DNA of 64,000 nucleotides from Catajapyx aquilonaris. Taxonomy: Eukaryota. The number at the start of each line of letters is the position of its first letter. Within the stretch, counting starts at the first letter, position 1. The notes under the pieces were generated by a model. It worked only from the letters and a program-made list of their open reading frames with translations, had not been told where the DNA came from and ran no database searches. Shown piece by piece: positions 36,640 through 48,889 of this stretch. The translations under genes and the position numbers were made by a program. The DNA lies in contig KZ538541.1 in the NCBI GenBank assembly GCA_000934665.2, positions 1 through 64,000 of the forward strand, in the 5' to 3' direction.

Positions 36640-37770
36640 ATTGAATTATTCGCTCCAATGAATGCACGTTAGGTACTGAGGATAGCAAAGAGGCGCTGAT
36701 TGGACAGGAAGGCATGGATGTACTGGTGGGTCAGTAGGTGAACAATACAGCTTGGTTGTCACCGAACTGGACCTTGTTGTACGGTACTGTGACTGTCCTG
36801 CTGGAACGGGCTGGACACGTCGTAGACGGGTACAGTCTTGCGTCTGCTTCTGCTGGTATATGGACAGGACACATCGTGCACGACGTGTCCTGATGGACTG
36901 GTACAGTCGTACAGCTGACCTGCTGGGTGGCAGGTACTGCTGCCGTCCCCCGGTAACCGCAGGATGAAGGCCAAGGTCGTTCATTTCTGCTTGCGGGTTG
37001 CTTGACAGGTAAGTCAAGGTGTAACGGGTTCACGTCGAATGACAAGTCTGTTTGGTGCACAGGGTCAAGTGGGATTTCCTGGGCAAACAGGGATTTATAC
37101 ATTGGTGCGATCAGTTGGTATACTGGATTAAACGGGACCGTTGGATAGCCAAAGGACAGGTCAGTACTCTTTGGTTATACTGGACGAGGCACTTGCAGAA
37201 GGACAAGGAGTGGTACTCAACTGCAGTGCTCTCGACTGCTGAAGGACATGGTGGTACTCTTCAGGCAGGAACTTGCTGATCGTCGTAGGCTCGTGATCTT
37301 CTCGCAATCGGAAGTCAGGACTGGTATGGCAGACGTGAGAAGTGCTTCTCTTGCAGGTCTTGCTCCAGCTGGTAGTCGACGCCAGCGCCAGGGCTGCTAG
37401 CAATTGGACTCGTAGTAGAGCAACTCAAACACAACCGTCTCGATTGCTGGTCTGTACTTTCCTTCTCTCCTCATCAACCCCTGCACCCTTCTCAGCTCCT
37501 CGGTGAAATCGCATGATGAACCGGAGTGATTCAAGCATGTGGTCAGTGTGGGAAGTAAGAAGGAACCCTTCTTACACAGTGCCGGTACAGTCTCCTTAGT
37601 ATCTCCGCGTTGTACTGTACGATCTCCGGGCAGACCGGGATCCAGCCCGACCTTCAAGATGTTCAGGAGCTCCATCACATGACGGGTGAGTATACTTGTC
37701 GAGGGGTTTCCTCCTTGCCTTGACCGTTCATGTCCAGCATCCCTTTCTCCTGGTGAGGCAGCTATAGCAT
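36640..37770 (-). pseudogene. Decayed, internally deleted non-LTR retrotransposon (L1/Tx1-like) ORF2 fragments
   Basis: GC-richer block. Frameshifted minus-strand fragments resemble L1/Tx1 motifs: 'G-C-W-T/M-N' (GxWKLN), 'EDHEPTTISKFL' (EGEKxTKFF), 'YKSLFA' (FYxxLF), then 'SCTMCP...E...CP' (C-terminal zinc knuckle). Motif resemblance judged by eye only. Confidence 0.5.
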
Positions 37771-37817
37771 AGAATAGTCAAAGTTCAGCGTTCACATTTT
37801 TGAAAGCACTTGAAATA

Positions 37818-38137
37818 CACTGTACTCCTGATTATCCGGGCACGGATTATCCGTGCATGGCTAAAACAAAGAAAAGTCCGAAAAATGTCAATTTTTCTCG
37901 CGAAAAAAGAAATATAACATACTTTTTCCAGAATACAAACTAAAAATCTATGGGAGGAAATTTTTCTCATTTTGATTGAATATTATTTAAAGCAGAATAC
38001 AGTATGTACAGTCGTAAATTTAAAACCTGTGAATAGCTCATTTTATGGTATCTATAATTATAGGACGGTTTTGGGTGTTTTCCGATTATCCGGCGACACC
38101 CGTGCAGCCATTAGCCCGGATAATCGGTAGTACATTG
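37818..38137. mobile_element. pogo/Tigger-like MITE (TA TSD)
   Basis: TA-CACTGTACTCCTGATTATCCG ... CGGATAATCGGTAGTACATTG-TA, with repeated GATTATCCG motif. Confidence 0.8.
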
Positions 38138-38272
38138 TATCTATACGCAAGGGCGTTCTGGACTTACGTGTTTTATGTTTCAATTATAGATTTAACAAGT
38201 GTAGGGAGTGGATGAGTATCGTCGGACAAACTGGACCAGCCCCCGGACACTACCTCTACGTTCTTATCTTAT

Positions 38273-38559
38273 CGCCTGCCGGACCGTTTTGCAGGTGCTC
38301 ACCTGAGAGCGCCGTGAGACCTTTCACTGCACTGCTATGTGGCGACCCTACCGGACTAGGCTGAACTTTATAGGTACAAAAGGGAAGCACTACACTGGGG
38401 GACCCAACAGGGTCGCCGGCGGCCATGTTGGGCCCTCATGTAGCGCTTCCCTTTTGTACCTATAAAGTTCAGTCCCGTAGGGTCGCCACATAGCAGTGCA
38501 CTGAAATGTCTCATGGCTCTCTCAGATGAGCACCTCCTGCAAAACGCCCCGGTAGGGGG
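38273..38559. mobile_element. Fold-back (palindromic) MITE, unclassified
   Basis: Arms CCTGCCGG..CGTTTTGCAGGTGCTCA..TGCACTGCTATGTGGCGACCCTAC..CTGAACTTTATAGGTACAAAAGGGAAGC are mirrored around ~38418. Confidence 0.85.
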
Positions 38560-39631
38560 TAGGTGGGAGTGACCAGACCTTAGTATTCTATGACCATGAA
38601 CTGGACTAACCAATAAGGGCTATATACGAGGTATTTGCTGTTAATTCTGAAATATGGGTGCCTGACAACGGTAACATCATCACCAGGGTAGCCATTCGAT
38701 CAGACTATTAATATGTAGCATGACTGAATGGCTACCCTGATTATTTCATATTGCCATAATAATTATTACCGTTGCAGTTTGCACAGAGCAATAGTGCCAG
38801 AGCTCGTACCCCACACTGCGTTGTTCGATTAATTTCTGTTGCTTCGTGTTGTAGGCTATACCACGACCATGATTCAATCCGATGCATGCGTGATGATGAG
38901 CATTTTTTTCAGACTGAGTCTTTTTGGAGCCACATCTTTCACATTGCAATAGGGCTATAATAGAGCTCACATCATTTAGCAATCATGGGCAATTACGCCT
39001 CCGACTACCTTCTGACATGTCCGCCAGATTACTGATCCCTCGAAAAGCTCCTCGTGTATAGGTGGCCTGTCCTTTATGATACTGTCATTCATTATAAAGT
39101 ACATAAAGCTTAAAGAATAGGTTTAATATGTTCCTATGCATATATTAATACACGGATTGTATAATATAGATTCTATAGATTATAATATAGACTCGTTTGC
39201 GAGTTGATTTCGTATGGTATTGCCGGTTCAATGGAATCGGCAACAACAGTACACATGTTTCAAGTCGCGTTGACTTTCTTCCACTTTGCGGCACATCTTT
39301 CACAGTGTCTAATCCAAAAGCACGTTTTTCCTAAGCAAGCATTGCTATTGTTTATCGTGGTGGAGACTTCTTAAATCGTATTCGGAACGGATTTCTATAG
39401 CTCACTGGTTTCATTGTTTGCCCCGTGTGTTTTCGTTCAAGCACCCAAACGCTTATCACACACCGATACCATAAGGGTTTGTGTCTGCATATGCCATTCT
39501 GGTGGGACTGGTTTTCCTCACCTCAAGTCGAGAAGTGCTGTGCACTGATTACGACTAATGTGTCGATTGCGCTTTGCAGAGTTCATATGACAGAATGAAA
39601 AGTCAAGCTACATCACAATGAACTTAATATA

Positions 39632-40480
39632 CACTCTTAGCCTGATCACGTTTAAAATCACGTATAATTTCGCTTTATATGTGATAATATGGCTATCACA
39701 TATATTCATATACGTGAAATTGCTTTACATGTGCCTCGCTCACGTATATAATCCCTCTTAACGTGAAGCACTTTTGTGTTAAACGTGAGTCACTTTAGCA
39801 TATCACTTAAACGTGATCACCTTAGTCTGATCACGTATAAAGTGACGTTTACGACAGGCAGATCACGTATAGCTGAAGTGACGTGTTGCGTTTTTTTTTC
39901 TCGATTTGAAACCATCAGCAGCAGTGTGCGTTGGTCCCGTGAGGGGGCGTGAGGGTCGCCATCTTGGCCTTTGTATTTGAAAACCGTTGGAACACACCGG
40001 AGCACACTGTTTGCTGTGTGGGAGGAAGGTGTTGTGTGCCGAATGAGTGTTGGGTGAGGCTGTGTTCGGGTGCGGGTGCGGGTGCGGGACTGCAGCGGGA
40101 CAAGTGTGGGTGTGTAGCGGTCGGTGCATGATGGACCAAGACCGACGTTAAAGGAGTGCGACGGGGAGTCTGCCGCAGGAGGACAAGTGCGGGTGCGACG
40201 GATTTTATCGTGACATGATTAAAATAACCGAGTCAGCAGGAACCAGGCGAGACTGGTGCCAGTATTGTGGCCACTCACCGGTTTTTCTAGTATCACATAT
40301 AAAATGTATATGTGATATAATCACGTTTACTTCTGAACGTGATGTTTCCATATTTTTCACGTATAAATATACGTGATGAAATCACATCTAGAGCCTACAC
40401 GTGATATGATCACGTTTATTCTAAACGTGAGATTTTTCACATTTTTTCACGTATAAATATACGTTATTAGTCTAAGAGTG
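39632..40480. mobile_element. CACTA/EnSpm-like non-autonomous element with internal ORF remnant
   Basis: TA-CACTCTTAG ... CTAAGAGTG-TA. Dense subterminal TCACGT/ACGTGA repeats at both ends and a GC-rich core. Confidence 0.85.
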
Positions 40481-40487
40481 TAGGTAA

Positions 40488-40822
40488 GGGGAGGCAGAGT
40501 GGTGCTGCGGTAACGTATGCGCCCACGGATGTTAAGGTCCCGGGTTCGATCCCAACCCGGGGACACCCCCTTCATCTCGTGCAGAGTTCATGAGTCGTCT
40601 CTGACGTCGTCTCGGGTGGAATTTTCTTAGACTAATCCACCCGGGTGAGCTCACAAAACGACCACATTTCAGACAAGGCACTGCACTTGCACATCCCCTT
40701 CTGTCATCCTGCCCGTGGGCCCGGGCGCTTCAATAATAGGTTTCCCAAAGTTGTACCAACATTAAAATAAAGTTCTGGCTAAAAACCCCTAGGGTACGCC
40801 TATCACCCAATTATTATAATAA
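40488..40822 (+). mobile_element. tRNA-derived SINE family A, alternative 3' tail
   Basis: Head and body nearly identical to the 19905 and 58172 copies (A box, GGGTTCGATCCC B box). Diverges after GGGCCCGGGCGCTTC. Confidence 0.9.
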
Positions 40823-40876
40823 AAACTTAATATATGTCTACACTGGGATGTGCATCAACTAAATTGGATACGTATA

Positions 40877-41116
40877 CCTTCAAATGGGGTGAGATTGTGC
40901 CAGGCTGGGTGGGATTGTGCCAGCCCACTTCTTGGACAACAGAGCGATCTACCACGAATTTTACTCGTCATTGCCAACCTTGACCAGCATCCCTCAATGT
41001 AGTGAAACATGCCTAAATTCGCTAGGTTACGCCTGCTGCCAGTAGGGCGCACTGTTGTCCAAAGATGCGCTGGCACAATCTCACCCCACCTGGCACAATC
41101 TCACCCCGTTTGATGG
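40877..41116. mobile_element. pogo-like MITE (TA TSD)
   Basis: TA-CCTTCAAATGGGGTGAGATTGTGCCA ... TGGCACAATCTCACCCCGTTTGATGG-TA, with the TIR motif doubled at each end. Confidence 0.88.
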
Positions 41117-43461
41117 TATATTGGCACATAGCCTGCAAGGTGTCTAAAAAAATTTTTAAAATTCTAATCTTACGAGTGTTTTACGGCGTTACGTGCCGTA
41201 TTACGTTTGTATCTGATTTCTGAACTAACACTGATTTTGAATGTTCCATATTAGTATAAACTGAGACATCAACTTGAGATGTAAAGGATAGAGAAATGCC
41301 TTTTGAAAATATGGGTTCTGTAAAACTGAGAGCGTATAAGGAATGCATGTATCATTTTTGCCGCATGGGGTTTCAAACCTGAGAATAATCACAGCCTAAA
41401 ATATTAGAGCACGATACGGATCAAAATATCTCTTCTTTGACTCGCTGCAATAGGTAATTTCAACTAAAACACGCATCAGTGTCTCTCTCGATGTTCCCTT
41501 TTTTGTCTGTAATAATTTTTCAATCCCGAATCTCAATTTTTAAAAGTAATCTCCCCCTTTCTTACTAATTACATTATTAAAAGTAATTATGGTACCTCAC
41601 AATGATCAATCGTTCTCTGTAAGTTATTTTCAGAAATAATTACTCCAAATCAGCTAAATAATCCTTATTTCTATATTAGCAGCTCTGTTTATTTTCTTTG
41701 GAACCACCCTCTATATTATGCAATATGTATAACTGACAAGTAGTTGGTAATGCATCGTATATATCCAGAATAAGACAGCAGTGTAATTTTTCTTCATAAA
41801 CCCCCCTTTTAGCACCTTTTTTTGAATAAACGTGTTCACACTCGTTTCCTTCCATTTATGTATATAGGACTTACCAACTCCACCGATATCTGTCATTCAG
41901 CTTCTGTTGAGCCCATATATTATATTATACTACAATATACAGCAGCTTTCATCAGCTATGTGGAACCACATCACAAATGAATCCTCTATGTCATACAACA
42001 CTATTATCCTTGCTATATTATCATGGTGCAACCTTTAGTCGATGACTCATAGTTATACGCGTTATAACGTGTATAACCACACATATACCCTGCAAGCTAT
42101 CCGTATATATAGATTCGAGTTACCTTGCTTCTCAGATGGATATACCGGCAGGATTTAGAAACGAACTATTGATCGGTTCACCTCATAGCAAAACACAGAC
42201 AGACCGATTTTGTCCACCTTATCATTGGTCCCAAAACTCCGGCTGGAAAATTACCCCTGTAATTACGAGGCCTGTGGTTTTCCTTTTTGAGAAGTTGCAC
42301 AATTGTGGCTAAAAGGGGGAGAAGGGGTAAAGCCTTCTTTTTTGTTCTGATAAAACTTCGGTAATCGTTCCTTATTTCCCGATGTACTTATCCACTAACA
42401 ATAAATTATGCAATTCATCTTGTTGATTGAACAGTTGTTCCTGAAGAACCGCATATCATTCGTATCCTAATTAATGTATGAATACCATTAATGCTTATAG
42501 GAATAAAAACCCCAAAAACATGTTGGGTTTTATAAGTAAAACAAAACGATAAAAAGTTACTGCTATATAGGACGACAGAAAAAGTAACTTGTAGTATAAG
42601 CCTACCAGTACTAAAAATTATCATATAATAGGCTATGTAGTGGGGTCATAAGCATATTACGTCTTCACATTTTTGACAGTTTGACCCCCTCCCCACTTGT
42701 CATACTTTGCCATCATCTGGCAACCCCCCTCCCATCCCCGGTTTTTATTTCGTCATCGGCTCAACAACAGAGTATGCTCACAAACCATTCTGGAAGCATT
42801 ATTCCTCTGCTAAGTAGCCTCTATCATTGGATCCCATATTATGCATATTGTAGGAATACAAGCGAAATCCCCCAAGTCCAATTTTGGCAGTTTTGAGTTG
42901 TTTACTCCACTAAGTATCATATTTTAATGCTCTAACGCCTGATGAAGTCCATTTAGTTCTGAATATTCATAATGATCCAGCAAGCCAGGATTTCCTGTCT
43001 CCACTAGCATGATGTAAGCAAGATTCATCCAATAATCAACTTCTAATCCATGTTTTCTCATTTTCGGTACAGTATATATACTAACAGCACAGTGTATCAT
43101 ATACATGCAATTTCTGAAACTGGTCTACGTTTTTGTTCATAGAAATTTCAATTTTCTTTTGGGGAGCAAAAATGTCGTCAATATAAGAGTGGCATACCGA
43201 AGCATAACGTTCTAATTTTTAAATGCACTCAAGGGCATCCCGATGAGAGCGTGGGTTTATCGTCGCAACTAGATTTTACACCGCCTTCATCTTTGATTTA
43301 CTTTGTGTATCCTCCAACCCCTGATTCAGCACCTCATCGGCATTGCCACCATATTCATCCTTCGTAGGATGCTGTTGTACAGCAGACAATGTCATTTGAA
43401 GACATAAAGACAGCATGCTTCACAAATGTATGTAGAACTCAGCGTGACTCAAGCTTTTGTA

Positions 43462-43670
43462 GAGTAAATCCAGTAAATGTGAAAATTATTGTACTGCATT
43501 ACTTGTCCAACTTATGATGGGAAAAAGCGTTCAACTTCCAAGATAGAGAGGTGTCCAACTGAGAAACATTACAGTTTACAGAGGATAGGCTTTTTGACGG
43601 TTTCAAAAATAATGTCCAACATAGGGAGGTGGCCAACGCATTAAGTTGTCCAACTTCACATGATTTACTG
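43462..43670. mobile_element. Degenerate pogo/Tigger-like MITE
   Basis: TA-GAGTAAATC ... GATTTACTG-TA, with repeated GTCCAACT motifs. Confidence 0.5.
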
Positions 43671-44495
43671 TAATATTCTACCTAAAAATGTTGCGTAATT
43701 GTAATAATCAAAAAAACATTTTTATGGCTCTTTCTTCAACATATAAAATAAAGTCCACACTGCACTGTGTCATATATAGTGGGGGCCTACATTTTTTTGA
43801 AAATAGTCCCTTGTGCAGAGTGAGCAAAAAAAACAACTTATCAGATTGCTATTGCAATGTTGCTTAGTATCTTAATCAGTTACTTTTAGTGGTCATCAAA
43901 AATATATTAGCTGATAATATTATGCGAAATTGTGTCATCTGTATCGGCTCTGAATTGCAATAAATACGATTGGGAGGGACCCATTGGAACAATAATATTA
44001 TTGGCATCGAACGTCATAGATTGGTCCCAATTTTGAGGGCCAGATCTCCCTGCAGGCTTAAAAAGGATGGGTCCACACAACCCTGCAAAAGAAGTAGATG
44101 ATACTATTGACAACTACTAAAAGACACCATACAAGAATAACTGCTTACAGATAAGCAGCTTACTGCGAAAAAATTGCAACCGAAATAGGACAAGTATTTT
44201 GGATCACCTTGTATTGGTTACAAAATTTTCCCTATACAAAAGCTTTGCTGCACCTGCATCATTTTAAATATAACATAATATGACATTTAATATGACATAA
44301 TTTTAAGAGTAAACAATGTCGCCATCACAAGCTGGACCACACCCCTGGACTACCCCTGGAGAACAACGTAATAATTATGTGTACGACCCCAGTATAGTGT
44401 ACTATCGAGTTCAAATACTTTTGGCCACTTTATCCTGGTCTTGAAGCAACCCTTCGCACAGACCCCACGTTAAGGAGGTGTGTGTGTGTGATCAG

Positions 44496-44853
44496 GTCTT
44501 GACTAAGGTCTGGGGACGGAAGTCTGTGGTTTTACTGTAGCTGTGGGGACCAGTTCCAATTGTGGGGACATTTGTCGGTCCCCACAGTCTCACACACGCG
44601 AAGTGTACCATTACAGTGGGGACATGTGTAAATTAGTGGGGACATGTCCCCACTATTTTCATTTGTAGGTTTTCACAAAAGTCCATTTTTCTCAGCCTAG
44701 GTTACTTAGGGTAGGATAGGTTAGGTAAGGTTAGGTTAGGTTAGGTTAGGTTAGGTTAGGTTAGGTTAGGTTAGGTGAGGTGAGGTTAGGTTAGATCAGT
44801 TTACACTCGCAGTGAAAAGTGATCAATGTCCGTCCCCACGCCTTAGTCAAGAC
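44496..44853. mobile_element. Nested TIR element sitting in a (TG)n microsatellite
   Basis: GTCTTGACTAAGGTCTGGGGACGGA ... TCCGTCCCCACGCCTTAGTCAAGAC. Repeated GTGGGGAC/GTCCCCAC motifs and (TG)n on both flanks. Confidence 0.75.
44706..44795 (+). repeat. Interstitial (TTAGG)n telomere-type array
   Basis: ~18 TTAGG units with a few variants (GTAGG, ATAGG, TAAGG, TGAGG). Confidence 0.95.
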
Positions 44854-45272
44854 AAGAGTGTGTGTGTGGGCGTGTGTGTGTGAAGGGTTGCTTCAAGACC
44901 AGGATAAAGTGGCCAAAAGTATTTGAACCCGATAGTGCGTTTACAGTGACCGCCAGATAACCTGGCAACAGTAAGTAAAAAATGAGCAACTATAGTGGTT
45001 AATGTGGGAATCCAGGACTATAGTGAGGAATGAGACGCAGGAGCCTTTTTTTTCTCAGACCGTGAAACATAAAAATGTCTTGTTTCCGTGTCATGATGAG
45101 GGCACTGACTGCCTCCTTTTTCCCATGTTGTTACAGTATCACACCTGTCAGTATAATACCGGAAGGAAGAAAAACATTCTTTCAGACACTCCGGTCGAGA
45201 TTTCTGATATGATTGTCTTGGTCAGCATGAAGTTAGCAAGATTCATTGGTGACTCTGAGGAAGTACTATATA

Positions 45273-45883
45273 TGGGTGGTCCAAATGAAAAGGTGACGAG
45301 CGACACACGACTCAACCTGCTAATTATATGAAAATTTCACGTTCTTGATGGACAGGAATATTTAATATTCCTGTCCAAGAACGTCTGATGCCATACACAT
45401 GTAACTCACAGGTTAAGTCGAGTATGATGGAACCAGTCGGGGGAGGTGTAATGGCCGAGATGGTAACGTCACGGCTTGCTGAGTGAAAGGCCCCAGGTTC
45501 GATCCCCGCCTGGAGAACCTCCTTTCACCTGCGTCGGGAGGGTCTCTGACCTGCACCAAGGAGGTGTCTGGCAACCTATAACCTCCTGGGGGACTGCGCA
45601 TGGCCCAAAAGCCTAGACAATGCACCTGCACAAGTGTCCCCTCCCCAACAATCCCTTTCCCTACCCTATATCCTGAACCAGTCCTTGCACGGAGATTGAA
45701 GTTAAATAGAAAACTGCTGTATGGTGGTCTGCCACCCCCCGAAAGGCCCATAGAGGGCCATCAAGGGGTACGAAAAAAAATAAAAAAATGATGGAACCCG
45801 TAACAAATAGGCATACTCGGCTTTTTATGTCATGCCGGGGGTGAGTGCTACAAGGCTCGTCACCTTTTCATTTGGACACACCA
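45273..45883. mobile_element. Tc1/mariner-like MITE interrupted by a SINE
   Basis: TA-TGGGTGGTCCAAATGAAAAGGTGACGAGC ... GCTCGTCACCTTTTCATTTGGACACACCA-TA. Confidence 0.82.
45435..45787 (+). mobile_element. tRNA-derived SINE family B
   Basis: A box (TGGCCGAGATGGTAA), B box (AGGTTCGATCCC), 3' hairpin and poly-A tail. 11-bp TSD ATGATGGAACC at 45424-45434 and 45788-45798. Confidence 0.9.
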
Positions 45884-46312
45884 TATAAATATAGACACCA
45901 ATATTTCGTTTCCATTAGCCCCAGATCTAGATCCAGGTGAGCCAATAGGCACACTATCATGATCCGGAAAGGGTTACCAGATGACTGGAAGGAAAAGTGT
46001 AAAATAAATATTGTTTAGTTGAAAAAATGATTTTATTTACACGCATATTTACAGTATGTTCCAGTAATGATCACGGATTGATGCATACTTTTGTGACTTT
46101 CAGAAGTCTCGCCGTCGCGTCAAGCCAATATTCATTCGCCTCTTGGACACCCCCTATACAGTATATTCTCGCCTGGGCCTGCCATAATTATATCCAGAGG
46201 TGGCGAAACAAGTGACGGTCACTTGGTGAAAGGCACGAGTATGTGATATATGAAGGGTACTCAAAGGTGCTCCACTTGGACTGCTCAAGACTTTGAGTAA
46301 TGCCCTTGTATA

Positions 46313-46583
46313 CATAGTGTTTCAACTTTTTTGTCCGAACAGTTATCGGAAAATTGCGCGTAGAGTCTGCTATACTTTGTAAGCAGTGACTTGCAACCGG
46401 TGATTTGTCGGAGGAATGGGGAATGTGGAAAAAGAGGGTCACACATCTCATGGCATGTGTGACCCTCTTTTTCCACATTCCCCATTCCTCCGACAAATCA
46501 CCGGTTGCAAGTCACTGCTTACAAAGTAGCAGCTACGTGCAATTTTCCGATAACCGTTCGGACAAAAAAGTTGAAACACCCTG
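46313..46583. mobile_element. Near-perfect fold-back MITE, Tc1/mariner-like
   Basis: TA-CATAGTGTTTCAACTTTTTTGTCCGAAC ... GTTCGGACAAAAAAGTTGAAACACCCTG-TA. ~130-bp arms around a short loop at ~46450. Confidence 0.93.
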
Positions 46584-46677
46584 TATAATTATATATGGAC
46601 TGCCATATGCATGCAGCAGTCATTCTCCTACAGTGCAAGTCCATCCGTAAAACTGAAAAGGGATATGTAGTCGGTTC

Positions 46678-46824
46678 AAGGATTACCTTTCCACATCAGG
46701 CTTAGAAATTAGCCTCCAACAAAGGTGCTGTTTCCCCCTGATGCAATGACTCGCACTCCCCTATAAGTTAATAGGTAGCACCTCGGGAGGCTAATTTCTG
46801 GCCTGGTGTGGAAAGGTAATCCTT
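46678..46824. mobile_element. Short MITE (Harbinger-like)
   Basis: AAGGATTACCTTTCCACATCAGGCTTAGAAATTAGCCTCC ... GGAGGCTAATTTCTGGCCTGGTGTGGAAAGGTAATCCTT. Confidence 0.8.
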
Positions 46825-48889
46825 ATTTAGCCGACTAGTTTAAGCGTCCAAGGCACCCACGGAGCCTTGAGTCATCCAAGCTCAGTATGCCTGGATGACT
46901 CAAGCCTCCGTGCAAGGCACCAATGGATCGCTTAGAGATGTCGTTCGACCTCCAAAGCCAAGTGACCAACATGTTAGTGGAGCTCATGCTGGTGTAGCAC
47001 TGGGATATAGGCTTGCTTCCATCCACATCCACAAGGACATCACCTCCAGATCCCTGACCCATCATTTATGGTGTGTCAGTCAGCTGTGCCCTGCTTTTGA
47101 CACTCGCTTCTGGCCCATCCTCCTTTATTATATATAGTATGTAGAGTACACTGTATAGGGGGAACATGTACGACAATTTGACAGTATCACCCCTGCTGAG
47201 TGACCTACAGTATAACTGCTTTCTGCAGCACATGCACTTTTCCTAATTATCTCCTTATTGTTACAATCATGTACCTTGAATGCGATTAAGTGGCCTGGTT
47301 TTATTGTCCTAATAAGAAAGTGTCTTATACTATAATGATAGGAAGTTCATAATGTGAGACATAATTTTTCATTACACTTTAAATAAAAGTAGGCTACTGT
47401 TTTCGCAATTACGTCTAGTTCACTCTGGCCTGTCTCCGTGCAGAAATCTTCATCATCCTTATCTTTATATGCCTGGTAACGTAAACACGGCAAAACATCA
47501 TACTGTATATTCATTTAACAGCATGTATATACGGTACTGTACAATCTCTTTGGGATTTATTTGTTGCATCTCATAACTCCCATGCGCTAATGAATATCAT
47601 GTGCTTAAACATCAGCATATGATTTATTAGAGCTAAATTACGGTATAAGTTAGTTTTCGGAATGGAATCATAATACTTAATAAGTTATTTCATTACCGGC
47701 AATAATGAGGGCTCAGACGGATATTTTTGGCTGCTATAGAGCATCAGTTGAGAGAGGAAAATGTGAGTTCGAGACTCGTCTAGAACTGTCCGAGGTCTTG
47801 TAGATAAAAGGTGCTGTGGTGTAGATTGTAGAAGATAAAGAAATTACGGAAACGATGGAGGGGAGGGGAAGCTGCGAGGGGGATTCATTTGGTATAAGAT
47901 AGAATGGCAGCTTGGGTGCAGCTTTTTTGTTAAGTTTTAATTAAGTTGTTAACGGTTAATTGAATGTATTTAAGTATCAATATAAGTTACACTAATGTGA
48001 CTCAATTCACATTCAATAATAATTAATAGAAGTATTACAGCATCCTTGTCCCCCACACTGTAGAATTAGTGTGCATTAAATTAAGGCGAAAAATTGTTTG
48101 TCATGTGCATATAAATAGTCTATTAATAAGTGTATGAGTATAACCGTATAACATTATTTATGTCATATTACCATTTGTTACCCTGCCCACTACCTTTGAA
48201 TAAGTTATAATTATTTATTCAGCGGAATATGTATTTGTGCAATTCACTAAATGAATTCATTAATTTTCCTATCCTATTTCATGGACTTATCAAATATTTT
48301 TACATTTCTCAGGTTGAGAATTACGAGTTTGTAACTGCAATGAAAATCCTATTATGTAGTTACAACCTTGTAATTCTCCGCGATTTGTATAGTTTCAGCA
48401 TATACTATATATCTTAGATATTAAAGGCTATGGTTTTCAGCAGTCTATATGTCGGGAGATAATAAGGTAAGTTATTTCTCTTGTGTTTGAAAAGCAACGT
48501 GAACAAAAATGGCATGTGCTATTTAACTGCGACAGATTTGTCATGTGATCGAGGGGAAATCTATTGTTTTGCTGTTGATTGTCATGAGTCCAGAAAAGCA
48601 CAGAGGAACAAAGGCTATATTATAAACTTGTCTCTTTACGTGCGTCACGGAAGGTGTGAGGAATCTCCTCATTATGTTGTACTAGAGGTATAGAAAGGGA
48701 AAAAATAAGTCAGCCAGAACCAAACAACCAAACCTATTATTTGCCCATTTGGGACTCATACGAAGTGTCACGAACAGTACGGTATATGATGCAGAGATAT
48801 AGGATATACTGTAATTATATGTTAACAAAATATCCGGTACCGTATACCGTATATATTAAAATCAGCCACCATATTCTGCTTTATAAAAT

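Larger units (their letters stand above)
44400..44937. mobile_element. Non-autonomous DNA transposon with ~55-bp TIR (CACTATCG terminus; CMC/Transib-like) containing a nested element
   Basis: (T)ACTATCGAGTTCAAATACTTTTGGCCACTTTATCCTGGTCTTGAAGCAACCCTTC ... GAAGGGTTGCTTCAAGACCAGGATAAAGTGGCCAAAAGTATTTGAACCCGATAGTG. Confidence 0.85.

Noticed and set aside
39640..40470. CRISPR-like repeat-spacer array (also 31500-31820)
   Set aside because: The repeats are short, irregularly spaced and in both orientations inside TIRs. They are transposon subterminal repeats in a eukaryotic context.
44706..44795. True telomere or chromosome-fusion site
   Set aside because: Short, single-orientation array enclosed within a TIR element.
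46835..47130. GC-richer block as a coding exon
   Set aside because: No recognisable domain or convincing splice sites. Probably a decayed TE fragment, but I cannot assign it.
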